Origin: an uncultured Acidobacteriaceae bacterium | Lineage (GTDB): Bacteria > Acidobacteriota > Terriglobia > Terriglobales > Acidobacteriaceae | Direction: 5' to 3' | Length of the DNA stretch: 64,000 bases | Assembly (NCBI GenBank): GCA_963746205.1 | Contig: CAVVAP010000006.1 | Coordinates: 52,066-116,065, forward strand | Part shown: positions 61,401-64,000 of the stretch, piece by piece | How the letters are laid out: every line of letters starts with the position of its first letter | How positions within the stretch are numbered: position 1 is the first letter of the stretch | Notes under the pieces: generated by a model | What the model was told of the DNA's origin: nothing | The model's input: the letters and a program-made list of their open reading frames with translations, nothing else | The model's database searches: none | Made by a program: the position numbers and the translations under genes

Positions 61401-62031
61401 GTCGCCGAAAAACTCCACCCGCACGGGACGATCCGCTTCCGGCGAGTAGACATCCAGAATCCCGCCGCGGGCGGCATATTGCCCCGGCATCTCGACCACG
61501 TCAGTAGCCGCTGTAGCCTACCGTGTTCAAATGCTGCAACAATTTTTCCAGGTCGAAGATTTCGCCGCGTCGCAGAGTCCGCGCCAGGTCGGCGTAGTAT
61601 TCCGGTGCGCGCAGAAGAATCGTCGTTGCCGTTACCGGCGCGATCACAATGGCGGCGCGTCCGGTCGCAACCTTCCACAACGCCGTCGCGCGTTCTTCTT
61701 GAATTTCAGGATGTGGCGAAAGATTCTGGAAGGGCAAAACATCGCGCGCGGGCAGGTTCACCACCGAATCGGGATCGGCCGCTCCCGTCAATTCGCAGAA
61801 GGCGCGCAGCACGGGAAGCAATTCTTCGGCGGCGCGATTATCGGCCACCACCAGCACAAATGGCCGCTCCACCGTGCGCCGCAACAAAACCACGATCAGC
61901 GCTTTCGCCGGCGACGAGAGTCCGCTCACACTCATCCGCCCCGCGCTCTCCCGGAGATGGGAGGCGACGCTTGTGAAGGCAGGCAGTTGTTCCACCTCCG
62001 CGAAAAGTTCGCGGACAAACGGCAAAAGCAT
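58473..62031 (-). pseudogene. mfd: Transcription-repair coupling factor, split by one frameshift at 61499-61504
   Basis: The N-terminal 176 codons (61501..62031) end ..NTVGYSGY*. The remainder (58473..61499) starts [20 protein letters not shown] and carries the helicase motifs ([17 protein letters not shown]). Together they form a full-length Mfd. Confidence 0.92.
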
Positions 62032-62231
62032 TCACTGCTTATTTTAGCAGCCGCGCGCTGCAGGGCGGACGCCCTCGCCCGCCGCCGTTGACATTGCTGT
62101 TGCTTCTAGTAGTCACAAAACCACTGCATATCTCGACCGCCGCTAGTAATCGTGGCCGCTGCGGGACTAATCGGGTCTGGCAAGGCAAGAAGGGCGCGGC
62201 GTGCGGCGGTTGTGGTGCTCCGTTTGCCGGA

Positions 62232-62253
62232 TAGTTGGCAATAAATCGCCATA
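62232..62253 (+). repeat. Left copy of a 22-nt direct repeat TAGTTGGC-NN-TAAATCGC-N-ATA
   Basis: tagttggcaataaatcgccata compares with tagttggcgttaaatcgcgata at 63681..63702 (19 of 22 identical). A third partial copy, tagttggcg, lies at 63646-63654. Confidence 0.6.
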
Positions 62254-62472
62254 GCTGCTAATCGGGTTCCGAGCAGGCCAATTTCCTACTTAGCGAAATC
62301 GCCTGTTAACAACAGTTGACTTTCCCCCTCAGCCTCTTTGACCGTAAACCTCTCACCACACCGGAGTGGTACGGACGCATATAGCCTCCAGAAACATTTC
62401 GGATCGGAAAACCTGGGAGTGTTACTGCTCTGCCCTCATTGATCGAGGAGCCGGAGAAGGGGAAGTCGTACC

Positions 62473-62559
62473 ATGTCGGTATCAGCCCGTAGGAAGATCG
62501 CGGCGGCACAGCGGGCAAGGTGGGCGAAAGTGAAGGCTCACCAGAAGAAGACCACATAG
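62473..62559 (+). CDS. Candidate 28-aa basic peptide MSVSARRKIAAAQRARWAKVKAHQKKTT
   Basis: The ATG is preceded by GGAGAAGGGGA. The S..R.KI.AAQ.ARWAK pattern resembles short DNA-binding modules seen next to homing-endonuclease-type genes. That resemblance is from memory and is weak. Confidence 0.25.
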   Translation: MSVSARRKIAAAQRARWAKVKAHQKKTT

Positions 62560-62776
62560 ATGTGAGAGCGGGGCATCTCCGTTTCTGGGCGCGGAACAAA
62601 TAAGTGAACTTCCCGTCTGACGGGACGTTTCCCAGTTTTCATGGGAAAAAATTAGGGTCAGTTCCGTCTGTCGCCCGGTTTTCCCCCGCTTCCGAGACGC
62701 AGCCGCGCGACCTCCCTTCGAGGGCGGGGGTGGTACACTTTCTGCCGTAGAAATTTCCCCTGGAAAGCGAGGTTCC

Positions 62777-63218
62777 ATGCTGAAGATCCAGTCTTCCAAG
62801 ACCGCGCTGCTAACCTTGACGCGGAGCCGCCGGTGGTCGGATAGGATGGTTTACATTCTGACAGCCAACAAGCATCTCCGGTACAGGGATAAAGGAGTCA
62901 AGGACCGTGGGGCGATCTAAAATCCTCTACATAGGCACGACCAAGAGAGGAGTGGGTAGGCCAGCCGCCTCAGCCGTGAATAAGGCAAGCGAGGTGTTCT
63001 ACCATCTTCACGGGGTAAGAACAATTGACGTTCATGTCGTGACATGCGCTACACGCAACAAAAAGCAAACATGGAAGAAACTTGAAGCAGCCCTGCTCGA
63101 TGCATTCCGACACAGATACTTCCAGCTTCCGAAGTACAACAAAGTCAGGCCCAAGCCCGTTGAAGGATTATTTAGTTCCAACGCACTCCAGAAGCTAATT
63201 GGACGGTTTGAGCCGTAG
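62777..63218 (+). pseudogene. Small GIY-YIG/T5orf172-like protein, apparently frameshifted in a G4 run
   Basis: ORF 62777..62920 (..MVYILTANKHLRYRDKGVKDRGAI*) and ORF 62907..63218 (..SKILYIGTTKRGVGRP..) join if one G of 62909-62912 is removed. The VYIL ... LYIGTT..G..R pattern is nuclease-like, but the spacing is atypical. Confidence 0.4.
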
Positions 63219-63403
63219 CTGGCCCTGCCCAAGCTGGGAGCGGAGACGGCGTGCCGCTGCGCACGGGCAAGGGCTGGTTCGCCGGCGGGTGCCGGAAGAC
63301 GACTCCTTGCTTTCTTTCCAAATGAATAAAAGGTTGTGTTCAATTCTGATTGCTCTTTTGCGCCCTTTTTTCCTCTGCTGCTGCATTATGCTTCTTGGCC
63401 TGA

Positions 63404-63619
63404 TCAGCCGCTATAGATTCCGAGGAGTCGATTCGTTCCGATTTTCCATAAGCGAATTGCCGGAGTGCCGTTGTAAAACCCGATGCGTCCGTGAGTCCAA
63501 TAGCAGGAGGATTTATTCTTCGGCGTTTTACATTGAATGGTACGTGAGTGAGAATCCCCAGCGGTCGCCGAGCCGCACGCCAACAGTACCCACAGAGCCG
63601 CAGCGAATCGGATGCGCAT
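63404..63619 (-). CDS. Hypothetical small secreted protein
   Basis: The signal peptide is MRIRFAAALWVLLACGSATAG, followed by ..CKTPKNKSSCYWTHGRIGFYNGTPAIRLWKIGTNRLLGIYSG. A possible continuation (ADQAKKHNAAAEEKRAQKSNQN) lies in another frame. Confidence 0.4.
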   Translation of the reverse strand: MRIRFAAALWVLLACGSATAGDSHSRTIQCKTPKNKSSCYWTHGRIGFYNGTPAIRLWKIGTNRLLGIYSG

Positions 63620-63680
63620 AACTGAATAACTCTAGCACTTTGGCATAGTTGGCGCGGTGATGAGTGCTGGAGTCTCTGCG

Positions 63681-63702
63681 TAGTTGGCGTTAAATCGCGA
63701 TA
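63681..63702 (+). repeat. Right copy of the 22-nt direct repeat
   Basis: See 62232..62253. Confidence 0.6.
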
Positions 63703-64000
63703 ACACCAACTCACGCCCCGTCCGATTCGGTCCCGACCGCATTTTGTTGTTGTAATATTGCCACTACTCTACCCACGACCCATCCCGTCAAATGGCTGCG
63801 AATGCCTCGAATGTCACAATTTCTCTGTAACAGCCATCACAGACATCCATCAGAATCCATGCAATCTTGGTGTGTACCAACCCCGTTCGAGCACTCGGGC
63901 GAGACGAATTCTTTGACAAAAGAGCGCACCTTCCCGAACTGAGAAAATTCAGATCTCACCCGTAACTCCAATGTTGTCAATATTTTGGAAGTAACTCATT

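Noticed and set aside
61501-61503. The in-frame TGA in mfd, and other internal stops, as selenocysteine codons, given that selC is in the window.
   Set aside because: The conserved protein sequence continues in a different frame after each stop. Read-through in the same frame would not restore the protein, so these are frameshifts and not recoding sites.
62089-62094. TTGACA in the mfd upstream region as a rightward promoter for an sRNA in the 62100-62470 gap.
   Set aside because: There is no acceptable -10 element at 16-18 nt spacing. A single hexamer match is not evidence.

Overview
This is a GC-rich, densely packed chromosomal segment. The gene content and protein signatures look like a soil Acidobacteriota-type bacterium, but that is inference from motif recognition only; no searches were possible. 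I can support about 55 protein genes, and most are housekeeping. They include leuC (partial)-leuD, an S9 DPP-IV-like peptidase, an S8 subtilase, a membrane HD-GYP/GAF/GGDEF c-di-GMP protein, a family-5 ABC binding protein and a 1-Cys peroxiredoxin. Further along are a PhzF-like protein, a response regulator, an ABC ATPase, an aldehyde dehydrogenase, uvrA, a CPBP protease, pyrE, mtnA and scoA/scoB. Then come a tyrA-aroF-chorismate mutase-trpA cluster, an amidase plus APC permease pair, ogt, an OmpA-like protein, a sorbosone-dehydrogenase-like propeller, dgt and a TPR protein. The last part holds purH, an XRE regulator, bcp, a 3-methyladenine glycosylase, csbD, a Ser/Thr kinase-TPR protein, galU and mfd. 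There are three tRNAs: Gly-GCC, Cys-GCA and a well-structured tRNA-Sec (selC). I saw no CRISPR array, rRNA, transposase or integrase.

Four regions deserve a second look:
1. A 6.4-kb MFP-RND-TolC efflux cassette lies immediately 3' of selC. It is bracketed by a roughly 50-nt direct repeat of the selC 3' end, and its adaptor and pump are fused into one ORF.
2. A 102-bp module is duplicated almost perfectly in an AT-rich 1-kb gap after leuD.
3. The AT-richer right end (62.1-64.0 kb) carries small odd ORFs bracketed by a 22-bp direct repeat.
4. At least 15 single-nucleotide reading-frame breaks occur in nine genes. They are insertion-biased and clustered, with six in purH and compensating pairs in scoA and the HD-GYP gene. 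This most likely reflects consensus indel errors, and it must be resolved before any pseudogene or fusion call here is trusted.

I did not find a convincing complete novel multi-gene system. All product calls rest on motifs I recognise from memory.
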